A stretch of 20,000 bases of DNA from an uncultured virus (IMG/VR IMGVR_UViG_3300047440_000469) (IMGVR_UViG_3300047440_000469), one strand, 5' to 3'; numbered from the stretch's first letter, positions 1 to 8,850 are shown. Notes: generated by a model from the letters alone, not told the origin. Program-made: numbers and translations.

Positions 1-475
1 CCTTGTAATCGTGCCAGATGACGATACCACCCGGCCGTACACAAGCCAGTGCCAGCGCGGTGTCGTTCAAGACGCCGCGCCGGCTGTGATCGCCGTCGAT
101 CAGCATCGCATCGCAAGGTCCGATCTCGTCCGGATCGATGTCGTGCGAACCGCGCGGCCGCACCATCAGATGGAACCGCGGATCGGCGAGCACGACCCTG
201 CCAGGCTCGGCCGGAATCTCTTCGCGCTGATAGTCGAGCGGCGGCCGGTGATCGGCGGCAACCTCGATGCCGAGGTAATCCGCAATCGCCGGCGCCAGGC
301 GCAACAGTTCGCGCGCGGTCTTGCCTTCGTTGACCCCGATCTCGACCACGCGCCGCGCATCGACTTGCGTGAGCAGCACCACGATCGCGGCGGTGTCGCA
401 GGACGGCATGTAGCCGTTGCGCAGGCCGGCAAGATCAGGCAGGTCGAGCCGCTCGACGGGCAGCAGGAGTTTCAC
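1..475 (-). CDS. Class I SAM-dependent methyltransferase (Methyltransf_24-like), 3' end beyond the window
   Basis: Not in the ORF track; translated by hand from GTG at 475, which overlaps the upstream TGA (GTGA). Reads MKLLLPVERLDLPDL...RRVVEIGVNEGKTA...YLGIE...DAMLIDGDHSRRGVLND...VRPGGIVIWHDYK, open to the edge. VEIGVxxG, IDGDHS and PGGxxxWHDY are family motifs. Confidence 0.88.
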   Translation of the reverse strand, partial: MKLLLPVERLDLPDLAGLRNGYMPSCDTAAIVVLLTQVDARRVVEIGVNEGKTARELLRLAPAIADYLGIEVAADHRPPLDYQREEIPAEPGRVVLADPRFHLMVRPRGSHDIDPDEIGPCDAMLIDGDHSRRGVLNDTALALACVRPGGIVIWHDYK

Positions 476-1242
476 CGCCACACCGCCAGATCGTCGCTGC
501 CGTATTCCGGCCGAGCCAGCCATGCCATCACGCCCTCAACCGACGTGGCCTGCTGCTCTTCGAGTAATTGCATGAACCCAAAAGGTTCGATGATTTCGCG
601 GAACCCGGGCACCTTCGGCTTGTCGATCCGGCACAGTTCGAAGATGGCGGCAAATACATGGGTGCGAAACACGTCCGGGATCAGCGCCGCCAGCGCCTCG
701 TCGTAGCCTTGCACATCGCTTTTGTAAAAGATCGGCCGCTCACGGGAGAGCCAGATCGCAGCCGCAGCCTGAATGCTTTGCATCCTGGCAATGATGACGT
801 CGTGCGGCAGATCCCGCATGCACGATTGGAAGCGCGAATAATTGCCGGAATTGCCGGTTTCCCGGTAAAGCTCGAAATCCTGGTCGGCCTCGCCCAGCGC
901 AGAACACCGCAGTGTCACCTTGTCGGCCCACGGCGCAAGATTGAAGACCGCGTCGCTGTAATTGGCCGGGTCGGGTTCATAGCCGAACACGTGCTCGATA
1001 TCGTCCGGCAACGCGATCAGCGCCATGCGAGAGAACAACCCGACATTGAGGCCGACATCCACCAGCGTGAACGGCCCGCGCCCGGCGAACTTGCGCATGA
1101 ACGCCACCTGCGCGGCGGCGTCATACCAGTCGATGCGGCCCTGCCCGCCCCACGGCCGGTCGGCGGCGATGCGGATCGGGTGACCGTCGTGGAACAGCGG
1201 CGAGCGCGGCCCGGCGTGACCAACCATGCGCTCAACTTCCAT
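472..1242 (-). CDS. FkbM-family (Methyltransf_21-like) SAM-dependent methyltransferase
   Basis: 256 aa with LVDVGLNVGLFS (motif I), FGYEPDPANY, SALG and YKSDVQGYDE (cf. KIDVEGxE). GGAGG upstream of the ATG; overlaps the upstream gene by 11 nt. Confidence 0.85.
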   Translation of the reverse strand: MEVERMVGHAGPRSPLFHDGHPIRIAADRPWGGQGRIDWYDAAAQVAFMRKFAGRGPFTLVDVGLNVGLFSRMALIALPDDIEHVFGYEPDPANYSDAVFNLAPWADKVTLRCSALGEADQDFELYRETGNSGNYSRFQSCMRDLPHDVIIARMQSIQAAAAIWLSRERPIFYKSDVQGYDEALAALIPDVFRTHVFAAIFELCRIDKPKVPGFREIIEPFGFMQLLEEQQATSVEGVMAWLARPEYGSDDLAVWR

Positions 1243-3385
1243 TTTTCTGCGCCTCCATCACGACCGTCTCGATCGCGTTCCACTCATCGCCGATCGCCTT
1301 GCCGTGACCGTCCACGCCCTGCAGTTCCGGCCACCGTGAAACACCTGGAGCACAATCGGCGAAGGGCGGCTCGAACCCGGCGAAAAACAACGTCGCCTCG
1401 ACCAGCTCGGCCGTCCATGGCGCCTTGTGGCCGTGGCCATAGAGGATGTTGTGCATCGCGCCGCGCACCGTGGCACCAATAGGCTGGAACTTGGTGGTGA
1501 ACTGGCAGTATTCCGGCGTCGCCAGCCGCATGATCTGCACCACCGAGGGGATGGCGACTCGCAGCACGCCGCCGGGCTTGAGCACCCGGTGGCATTCGCG
1601 CAGAAAGTCCACCGCCTGATAATAGCCGACGTGCTCGACGACGTGCTCGGCCAGAATGAAATCCACGCTGTTGCCCGCGACCGGCAACGGCCTGGTGATA
1701 TCCATATCCTTGTCGTGATTGCGCCAACCCGGAAGGCGGTGGGTGCCGCAGCCGAGATTTAGTTTCACCTGATCTGCCACCGCGATGCTCCCGACGAATT
1801 CATCGTACATGGCCGGATCGTGCGCGTGGGTGATCCAGTCCAGTTTGCGCACCTCACCCGGCTCATAGACGGGGCGATAGCCGCGCCGGCCCTGCCACGG
1901 CATCAGCTTGAGCCGGTCGCCCAGGATCTGGTGGATCACGGTCTCGGGCGAGGGAAAGCGCTGCCGCGACGGCCAGTCGTAGCGGGCGATGAAACCGGAA
2001 TCGCGCAAGTAGCCGACGCGGAAGAACATCAGGCCGGTCTCGACCTCGATGGCAGGTGGCAAGCCCGGCACAGAGAGAATGGAAGCAGCGTCGACGTTGT
2101 CGGCTTGCATCTGCCGCACGATCGGCATCACCGGACGGCGAAACAGGCTGTCGCCCTCGATATGCACCACGTAGTCATAGCCGCCGTCGATCGCGGCCTG
2201 CAGCCCGAAGCAGAAGGCGCGGCCCCAACCGTCCTTTCCGCTGCCGACGCCGAGATGGCCGACATTGCCGGCGAAGCTGTGAAACATCCGAAGTACGTGA
2301 TCGCCTGCGACGTGTGGCGTGAAGCCGGCCGGCCGGAGGGTGCCGCGAAAACGATCAGCAGGTGTATCTACCAGCAGCACGTCGCAATCGCTGTTGAGAC
2401 GGTCGGCGATGTTGAGCCAATGATCGAGCAGCCTGGCCCGGCCTGGGCGGTCGATATAGGTGGTGGCGAACAGCAGCACTTTAGGCATCGCCCCCACGTG
2501 CTCCGCGATAAAAGTTTCCATCCGGACGAGCGCCGGCGGCAGGCTGATGGTCTTGTCGCAGCCGTGGCGGCGATCGTGACAATCGCACGGCCGGTCCGGC
2601 TCGATCGGCAGGGTCGGCGCCAGATGGAAGCCGGTGCGCTGCGTCGTCTTTGAACTCTCATTGCCGCCATAGACGACGATCACCGGCGTGCCCACCGCCT
2701 GCGCCAGCACCGGGGCAAAGCCGGCGCAGGTGAAGGCCATCTGCGCCTCGGCGAACAGCCCCGCCAGCGTCTCAAAATCCAGTTCGCCGCCATGAAACTT
2801 GATGTCGGCTTCCTGCTCAGGACCGATGATCCATTCCTTGCCCGGCACCAGCCGCGCGACGCTGACCGTGAAGAAACGGCGGCGGCGGATCGCCTGATAG
2901 AGCGTCGCATAGGCGTCGATATCGGGCGGCCGGTTCTTATTTGACCAGACCGTATTGGCGACCGCGGGACGGTAAACCATCAGCGGCTTGCCGCCAGGAT
3001 TGCGCCCGGCGAGGAGCTCGCGCGCCTTGTCGCACCAGGCCTGCGGCACCGGCAGGCTGAAGTCCGGCTGGGGCGGCATTTTCAGCCCGGCGGCTGCAAA
3101 TTGCGCCGCCAGGATCGAGCCATGCCGGGCGATCTTGTCGGCCTGATACCCCATCACGATGCCAGCCCGCGACTTTGACGCGGCGCTCGTTTCGCCGGGA
3201 TCGAGTTCGCCGTAAAGGAAGGGCTTATGCTGGACCTGCAGGCCTTGCGCGATCAGGTCATGATACATCGCGCGATAGGGCGTCCGCAGCAGCACCTTGC
3301 CGGGACCCAGCACGCGCAAAACGGCGCGCTGGTGCAGGCTGTCGCCGACGCCCTGCATTCCTTCGACGACGATGAGGGGCTTCAT
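1232..3385 (-). CDS. Three-domain protein: GT9-like glycosyltransferase + GT-A-fold glycosyltransferase + class I SAM methyltransferase
   Basis: aa ~1-295: GMQGVGDSLHQRAVLR, LAGLFAEAQMAFTCAGFAPVLAQAVGTPVIVVYGG, PCDC..C (GT9/heptosyltransferase-like). aa ~300-535: VLLVD, GWGRAFCFGLQAAIDGGYDYVVHIEGD (GT-A, DxD-like). aa ~540-717: KLNLGCG, VDFILAEHVVEH, LRECHRVLKPGGVLRVAIP (Methyltransf_11-like). Confidence 0.85.
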   Translation of the reverse strand: MKPLIVVEGMQGVGDSLHQRAVLRVLGPGKVLLRTPYRAMYHDLIAQGLQVQHKPFLYGELDPGETSAASKSRAGIVMGYQADKIARHGSILAAQFAAAGLKMPPQPDFSLPVPQAWCDKARELLAGRNPGGKPLMVYRPAVANTVWSNKNRPPDIDAYATLYQAIRRRRFFTVSVARLVPGKEWIIGPEQEADIKFHGGELDFETLAGLFAEAQMAFTCAGFAPVLAQAVGTPVIVVYGGNESSKTTQRTGFHLAPTLPIEPDRPCDCHDRRHGCDKTISLPPALVRMETFIAEHVGAMPKVLLFATTYIDRPGRARLLDHWLNIADRLNSDCDVLLVDTPADRFRGTLRPAGFTPHVAGDHVLRMFHSFAGNVGHLGVGSGKDGWGRAFCFGLQAAIDGGYDYVVHIEGDSLFRRPVMPIVRQMQADNVDAASILSVPGLPPAIEVETGLMFFRVGYLRDSGFIARYDWPSRQRFPSPETVIHQILGDRLKLMPWQGRRGYRPVYEPGEVRKLDWITHAHDPAMYDEFVGSIAVADQVKLNLGCGTHRLPGWRNHDKDMDITRPLPVAGNSVDFILAEHVVEHVGYYQAVDFLRECHRVLKPGGVLRVAIPSVVQIMRLATPEYCQFTTKFQPIGATVRGAMHNILYGHGHKAPWTAELVEATLFFAGFEPPFADCAPGVSRWPELQGVDGHGKAIGDEWNAIETVVMEAQKNGS

Positions 3386-3407
3386 CTGGCGGCAAAATTA
3401 CTTTCCA

Positions 3408-4934
3408 TCACGCCGCGAGCGTGTCCAGACCCCTTGAATATTGGAGACGGAACTGCGCGAGCACGGCAAATATGCGAAGACCATTTATTAAGTCTGGGCC
3501 GTATAATACGTCGAGACGATCTTGGTTGCTTGAGTTTCTCTCCACGATCAAATTCGCCTTGAACGCATTGACGTTCTCCACCAGCCCATTGAATTCATCG
3601 ATCGAATACTGCACGACTAGCTCGGCCTTGATGACCTTCGGCGTGACGATGGCCTGGCCGGGGCCGAAGCGGGTGTCGTCGTCGGCGAGTTTGTGGCGCG
3701 GATATTTCGAGGTAATGGCGGCCTTCTGGTTGCGGAACAACCGCGCCAGGGTGGCGAGCGTGGTCACCAGCTCGTAGGCGTCGTCGCTCTGGCCGTATTT
3801 GTTGAACTGATAGCTGGTGCTTTCCCGCATGATCATCGGGACGCCGTCCGCGCCGGTTGCCTGGGTGGCGACGCCGACGCCGGCCAGGTTGTTGCGCTCG
3901 GTGATGAGGAAACGGTCGTGCTTGCGGGCCGGCAGGATGCCGTCGAGGGTCAGCGTCTGCAAGGGACGGGCGGGATCATTGAGCAGCGCGCGGGCGGCCT
4001 TGGCGGTGTAGGCGGCGGCGCATTCCCACATCGGCGACGGCACCTTGGCTTCCCAGCCCATCACGCTGATGACGCCGGAGTTGTTGTCGTCGCCCCACAA
4101 TATCAGGTCACCGTAGGCGCCGCGTTTGGCGGTGAAAACGTGGCCGTAAAGTTCGCGCAGCCAGCCCCAGCGGCCGGTGTCTCCGAAGCCGTATTCCGTA
4201 TCGAGCGCCAGCCAGGAGACGTCATCATTGAAGGCCGAGGCGACATATTCGTAGGGCTCGTCGCCCATGGCGAGGATGAGCGCGTCGAGCGAGGGCGCGC
4301 CGTCGCCGGCCGTCATCGCCCCATAGGTGAGCGTAAGCCCCAACGGCAGCACCTCGCCGCCGCGGCTACCGTAATAACTGTCGGTCAGCACGATATCGTT
4401 GCCGGTCTCGCCCTTCCAGCGGCAGGTAACGTCGACCACGGCGCCGGTGGTGAATGCGAGCGCGGCGGTGACCGGCAGCGAATCCATGGCGTTGATGGCG
4501 GTGACGATGTTGGCCGCAACATCGGCCGCGTCGTCGTCAGCATTGACCCCGATGAGTACGCGCTGGCCAGCGATGTAGAGCACGATCTGCCCGGCGCTAG
4601 TGGGTGCGTGGCTGACCGTGATGGTGCCGGCGGCAACCTTTCCGGTCTCAGGCTCGACCACAGGCCCGGCCCAGACTTCCTGCGCGAAATTGTTCTTGAA
4701 GAACTTGCGGAACATGGCGGCGAGCTGGCTGCCGGCGCCGAACAGATGATCGGCCTCAGCCTGGGTGCCGATCGGCACCGGGATATCCGCGACGCCCGCG
4801 CCGGTGGCGAGCATTTGCCCAATCAGCAGGCAGGGCAGGCGCGCGGTCGGCAGGCCTGCCTGCGAGCTGTCGACTTCGAGCCAGTACAAAGGCTGACGCC
4901 AGTTCGCGGGAATGTTGGAAAAGCTAATTGGCAT
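3408..4934 (-). CDS. Contractile tail sheath protein, Mu gpL-like
   Basis: 508 aa; ISFSNIPANWRQPLYWLEVD, FGAGSQLAAM, DPARPLQTL, ITSKYPRHKLADDDTRFGPGQAIVTPKVIKAEL, DLINGLRIFA are typical of Mu-like sheaths. Confidence 0.95.
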   Translation of the reverse strand: MPISFSNIPANWRQPLYWLEVDSSQAGLPTARLPCLLIGQMLATGAGVADIPVPIGTQAEADHLFGAGSQLAAMFRKFFKNNFAQEVWAGPVVEPETGKVAAGTITVSHAPTSAGQIVLYIAGQRVLIGVNADDDAADVAANIVTAINAMDSLPVTAALAFTTGAVVDVTCRWKGETGNDIVLTDSYYGSRGGEVLPLGLTLTYGAMTAGDGAPSLDALILAMGDEPYEYVASAFNDDVSWLALDTEYGFGDTGRWGWLRELYGHVFTAKRGAYGDLILWGDDNNSGVISVMGWEAKVPSPMWECAAAYTAKAARALLNDPARPLQTLTLDGILPARKHDRFLITERNNLAGVGVATQATGADGVPMIMRESTSYQFNKYGQSDDAYELVTTLATLARLFRNQKAAITSKYPRHKLADDDTRFGPGQAIVTPKVIKAELVVQYSIDEFNGLVENVNAFKANLIVERNSSNQDRLDVLYGPDLINGLRIFAVLAQFRLQYSRGLDTLAA

Positions 4935-5121
4935 GCTCTCGCTCCTGTTCTGCTGTCATATCGAGAATGACATCACCGTCGCGGATGCGGCGCATGGTGA
5001 AAGCGTCATGCGGCCACTGCGCCGGCCCCTCGGCGCGGAAGCCGCCGGCGCTGGGATGGCGCAGGACCTTGCGCACCTTGGCATCCTTCGGCCACACGCG
5101 GATCAACTGTGCTGCCGCCAT
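4924..5121 (-). CDS. Small pre-sheath protein (DUF2635 / Mu gp38-like)
   Basis: 65 aa from ATG 5121 with GAGGA upstream; FTMRRIRDGDV motif; lies immediately before the sheath gene. Confidence 0.7.
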   Translation of the reverse strand: MAAAQLIRVWPKDAKVRKVLRHPSAGGFRAEGPAQWPHDAFTMRRIRDGDVILDMTAEQEREHAN

Positions 5122-5132
5122 GTGATGGTTCC

Positions 5133-5708
5133 TCACTGAATGATGTCCCATTGCCGCACGATCTGGATCACCTTGGTAGGATCGACGCCGGGCGGGTAGC
5201 GGCTTTCGATGTGAAGGACCTTGTAGTCGTCCGGCACGTTGGGCGGCCAATCCCAGAAATAGCGGAAGTGCAGCTCGGCGTAGATTTGCGCCAGCGGCAC
5301 CTCGAGTGTCTGGGTGAACATGCGCCGCATCGCCATGCGGTTGATGCCGTTGTGAATGGCGTCGGGACCCTGGCGATTGAATTCAGGGTCATTGAGCAGC
5401 AGGCTTAATGCCCCGGCGAGATTGTTTTCGAGCGCCACGAACAGCTCGTCATCGTCGGAATCCACCAGCAGGATCTGCACGCCGACGGTGAGGTCATGTT
5501 CGAAGTGCGGTTCGCCCGCGACAGGCTCGACGTCGGGCGTGGCCAGGTCATCGCCCAGGAATACCGACAGCGCCGGCAGCTGGTCTGGCTGGAACTTGCG
5601 CATCCGAGTGCGCCGCGCCGTCTTGAAGATGGTGGTGTCGAAGGCGTCAGGCGCCGTCAGACGACTATAGACCGCTTCGTGAATCTGCAGTGCCTTGGAG
5701 GCGGTCAC
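5133..5708 (-). CDS. Putative tail terminator/completion protein
   Basis: 191 aa; QLPALSVFLGDD segment; GTGA coupling to the upstream gene; position between head-tail joining and sheath genes. Confidence 0.65.
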   Translation of the reverse strand: MTASKALQIHEAVYSRLTAPDAFDTTIFKTARRTRMRKFQPDQLPALSVFLGDDLATPDVEPVAGEPHFEHDLTVGVQILLVDSDDDELFVALENNLAGALSLLLNDPEFNRQGPDAIHNGINRMAMRRMFTQTLEVPLAQIYAELHFRYFWDWPPNVPDDYKVLHIESRYPPGVDPTKVIQIVRQWDIIQ

Positions 5709-6082
5709 CGGGTCACCGGTTCGGGTTTTTCAAGCCGCAGGGTCAACGTCATGCCGCCCTGGCCGTCGACGTGGACGTCGCCGACGAGGTAGGCCAGCAC
5801 GGGATCCTCGCCGGCCGGCGGCATGACCAGGTACTTGCGGTCGATGAGCACCCGGTCATCCTCGTTTGGCGGCACCACATATTCGGCAAGCCGGATGCTG
5901 AGCGTGGTGCGCTGATCGGAGAGGATCGCGCCATCTTCGAGCACGACCTCGGTCGGCACGCTCGCATAGATGCCGCGGCCGTCATAAGGCGCGCGGCCGG
6001 GCTGCGAGCGCAGCGGATCGATGACGATGGGGATGCCGAACACCGCCTGGGCAGGCGCCAGCACCAGCGAGGAGAAATCCAT
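5705..6082 (-). CDS. Putative head-tail joining (closure) protein, lambda gpFII-like
   Basis: 125 aa; MDFSSLVLAPAQAVFG...DGQGGMTLTLR; TAATG coupling; position after DUF2190. Confidence 0.65.
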   Translation of the reverse strand: MDFSSLVLAPAQAVFGIPIVIDPLRSQPGRAPYDGRGIYASVPTEVVLEDGAILSDQRTTLSIRLAEYVVPPNEDDRVLIDRKYLVMPPAGEDPVLAYLVGDVHVDGQGGMTLTLRLEKPEPVTR

Positions 6083-6414
6083 TATGGGTCGGTGAGTCTG
6101 ACCTCACCGACCGCAGCGTTTGTCGCCTTGGTCGCGACGCATATTCCGATTCTGAGCAGACTTCCGGAATTCGTCGCGGTACAGGCGCCGGCGCCGTCGT
6201 CCCAATAGATCAGATCACCGGCCGTCCAGTCGTCATCCGTTTCGGCCGGTAGTTCATAGATACCCTTGGTATCGATGCCGACCGTGGTGTGAGCGTCAGC
6301 ATCAGTACCGGCAACGCCGAACAGTGAACCGATCACGACGAGATCGCCAGATTTCACGCCGCCGGTCGGCGCTTCCACATAGACGATCTGGCCATATTGT
6401 TTGAAATTCTTCAC
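6082..6414 (-). CDS. DUF2190-family capsid-associated protein
   Basis: 110 aa; MKNFKQYGQ..APTGGVKSGDLVVIGSLFGVA...GDLIYWD...IGICV; follows the capsid gene; GGGAG upstream of the GTG. Confidence 0.85.
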   Translation of the reverse strand: MKNFKQYGQIVYVEAPTGGVKSGDLVVIGSLFGVAGTDADAHTTVGIDTKGIYELPAETDDDWTAGDLIYWDDGAGACTATNSGSLLRIGICVATKATNAAVGEVRLTDP

Positions 6415-6471
6415 AGCGAAACTCCCGTTTAGCTAGAGGAGATTAACCGGTAACAGTCGGGTGCCGGCGAA

Positions 6472-8850
6472 TTAGGACTCGACGACGATGGTGCGCACCG
6501 TCGAGACGATGTCGGTCGGCTCGGAACCGGCGTCCTTGTAGATGCCGCGATAGTCGATGGCGCCGCAGCCGAAGTCCACTTCGAGGCTCACCCGGATGCC
6601 CTGCACGCCGAACGGCTCGTCGGTGCGGATGCGCGGGCCGGTAGCGCCGGCGAGGAAGCCGTAGACGAAGTTCGGCAGGGTGCCCGGCTCGGCGGCGAGA
6701 TACCACTCGTATCCGGTGATATGCGCCTCGATGACCGGTCGCAGCTTGGCCGAGAACGGATTGACGTCGCCGATCGCGACGGCCGAGATCGCCGCGGTGA
6801 GCTGGTCGATGCGGGTTTCATGCGCCGGACCGGCCAGGATGATCGCAGGGCCGACGTTCATGTAGTTATCCGATAGCGATTTTTGTGCCCGCATCGCCGC
6901 CCGACCCTTGCCGATCGGCATGATGGTCGGCTCGGAACCCGACGATTCATAATTGTTGTGGTTCGAGGCATCGAATACGCGATAGCCGTCCTGAGTCAGC
7001 ACCGGGTTGGTGGCGAACAGGGCCCAGAAAGTATTATTCTCGAACACCAGCACGCCGTCGCCCGACGAGCCGAGGATCTGGTCGATGGCGCCGAGTTCGT
7101 CATTGACGATCATCTGCCGCGAAATGCCGATCTGCACGCCGTAAGGCTTGACGCTGACGTTTTCGCGGTTCTCGTACATGGTGCCGGCGCGGATTTCGCC
7201 GGTCTCGGTGAGTTCCTGCGGCAACGGAAACTCGCTGGCGCGGATTTGCGGGTGGGGCCGGAAATCGACGAACGGCCGCTCGATCGCGACCTGCCGGTAA
7301 GTCGGCATGGCGAGCTGATAGCGGGCGAGCAGCGCCTTGTTGAGCACATTGGCAAAGATGGCGGGAAAGTCTGCGGTCGAGTGGAACGCCCGCTCGATGA
7401 GGTCGCCCGCCATGCGCGCGGTGCGGATATGGCCCGTATAGCCCAGGCATTCGGCGGCGATCTCGCTCCACCCCATGTTCATGTAGGAGCGGGCGCGATC
7501 GTTGTGCAGCTTCTCGTTGCCGTCGTAGACCTGCCAGGCGCGGGTCACGGCGTCGACCTTGCCCATGCGACGGGCCCATGCGGCATGGGCTTCGTTGAGG
7601 ATCGCCGGAATGCGCCGCGCGGCGAGAATGCGCGTGGTCATGGCCTCGACCATGGCGTCGGCGCGGCCGTCGACCGGATCGAACACGACGCGGCCATTGG
7701 ATTCGCGGCCTCGCCGCCAATCGTTGCCGTCGTCGTCGGTGCCGCGGGCGCTGTCGATGCGGACCTTGGATGACTTCTCGGCCAACGCGTCCAGGGCGCG
7801 GGCGCGGAAGGTCTCGAGCGGTTCCTTGCGCGCCATCGCCTCGTCGAGGTCCTTGTCGTCAAAGCCGGCCTTGCGGGCAATGGTCCGCATTTCGCGCGCA
7901 TAGACGAGCGCCGCCTCCGTGGCAGCGGCGACAGCTTCATCGGCGCGCTTCTTGGCCTCCGCTGCCTGCTCCTCTTCGCGCTTCTTCGCGGCGGCCTCTT
8001 CCTCCTGGCGCTTCTTGGCGTCGGCCGCGGCGAGTTCCTCGGCTTTGGTCATGGTCGCACTCCTCTGCTGCGGATAATGGCGGAATCCGGTGCCGATGCC
8101 TTCCGCAGAGACGGGCACGGCAGATACTTCGAGCGGCTCCCAATCGACCGCCGTTCGCGTTTCCGGCGTGGTGGTCAAATCCCGTACCGATCGATGGATG
8201 CGGTAGCCGGCCGACAGGAGAATGGGGATGCCATCCTGCAGGTCCTGCGCAATGCGCTGGCCCCTTTCAGCCTTGGAAAACTGGATTTTCGCGACGAGTT
8301 CGCCGCCTTCGACGCGTGCCGAGCCGGGCACGATGGCACCGAGCACGGCATCCATGCCGCCATAGTAGCGATGGCCATCGAGAAACTGGGCGCCGGCGTT
8401 GAACCTGCCGAGACGGATCGAACCCGGCGACATGTCGAGCGCCTCGTCCCATTCCTCATCATTCCACCAATCCTTGCGGCGCACCTTGGCACCGGTTGAG
8501 ATCACCGCGTCGGCCATCCGCGTCTTGGGGTCATAGGAACGCGGCGCCATCGTCAGCGACATGTCGCGCTGCGATATTTCGAGCACCTCGTCGAAACTGC
8601 GCTGGCGCGGCAAGGCGCGGTCGTCCTCGCCCTCGCTTCCTTCCTCCGACTCGCCTTCGCCAGGCTTCTTTTCGGTGGTGGTCTCGCCTTCTTCGTCGTC
8701 GGACACGGCGTCGTTGGCGCGCTTGATGGCCTCTTGCTCAGCGACGCCCTCGTCGAGCGCCTCGTTGGCAATTCTCGCCCATTTGGCGCGCTTTTTCGGC
8801 GCGTTGGCCATTTTGGTATGATTTTCGGCGTCGCTGGCTTTAAACCGCAT
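6472..8850 (-). CDS. Prohead protease / scaffold / major capsid protein fusion with an extra N-terminal domain
   Basis: 792 aa. Protease motifs FLDGH, LSAGYRIH, WEPLEVSAVPV; charged helical scaffold (aa ~267-370); capsid motifs AFHSTADFPAIF, YGVQIGISRQMIVNDELGA, DFGCGAIDYRGIYK. Confidence 0.93.
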   Translation of the reverse strand: MRFKASDAENHTKMANAPKKRAKWARIANEALDEGVAEQEAIKRANDAVSDDEEGETTTEKKPGEGESEEGSEGEDDRALPRQRSFDEVLEISQRDMSLTMAPRSYDPKTRMADAVISTGAKVRRKDWWNDEEWDEALDMSPGSIRLGRFNAGAQFLDGHRYYGGMDAVLGAIVPGSARVEGGELVAKIQFSKAERGQRIAQDLQDGIPILLSAGYRIHRSVRDLTTTPETRTAVDWEPLEVSAVPVSAEGIGTGFRHYPQQRSATMTKAEELAAADAKKRQEEEAAAKKREEEQAAEAKKRADEAVAAATEAALVYAREMRTIARKAGFDDKDLDEAMARKEPLETFRARALDALAEKSSKVRIDSARGTDDDGNDWRRGRESNGRVVFDPVDGRADAMVEAMTTRILAARRIPAILNEAHAAWARRMGKVDAVTRAWQVYDGNEKLHNDRARSYMNMGWSEIAAECLGYTGHIRTARMAGDLIERAFHSTADFPAIFANVLNKALLARYQLAMPTYRQVAIERPFVDFRPHPQIRASEFPLPQELTETGEIRAGTMYENRENVSVKPYGVQIGISRQMIVNDELGAIDQILGSSGDGVLVFENNTFWALFATNPVLTQDGYRVFDASNHNNYESSGSEPTIMPIGKGRAAMRAQKSLSDNYMNVGPAIILAGPAHETRIDQLTAAISAVAIGDVNPFSAKLRPVIEAHITGYEWYLAAEPGTLPNFVYGFLAGATGPRIRTDEPFGVQGIRVSLEVDFGCGAIDYRGIYKDAGSEPTDIVSTVRTIVVES

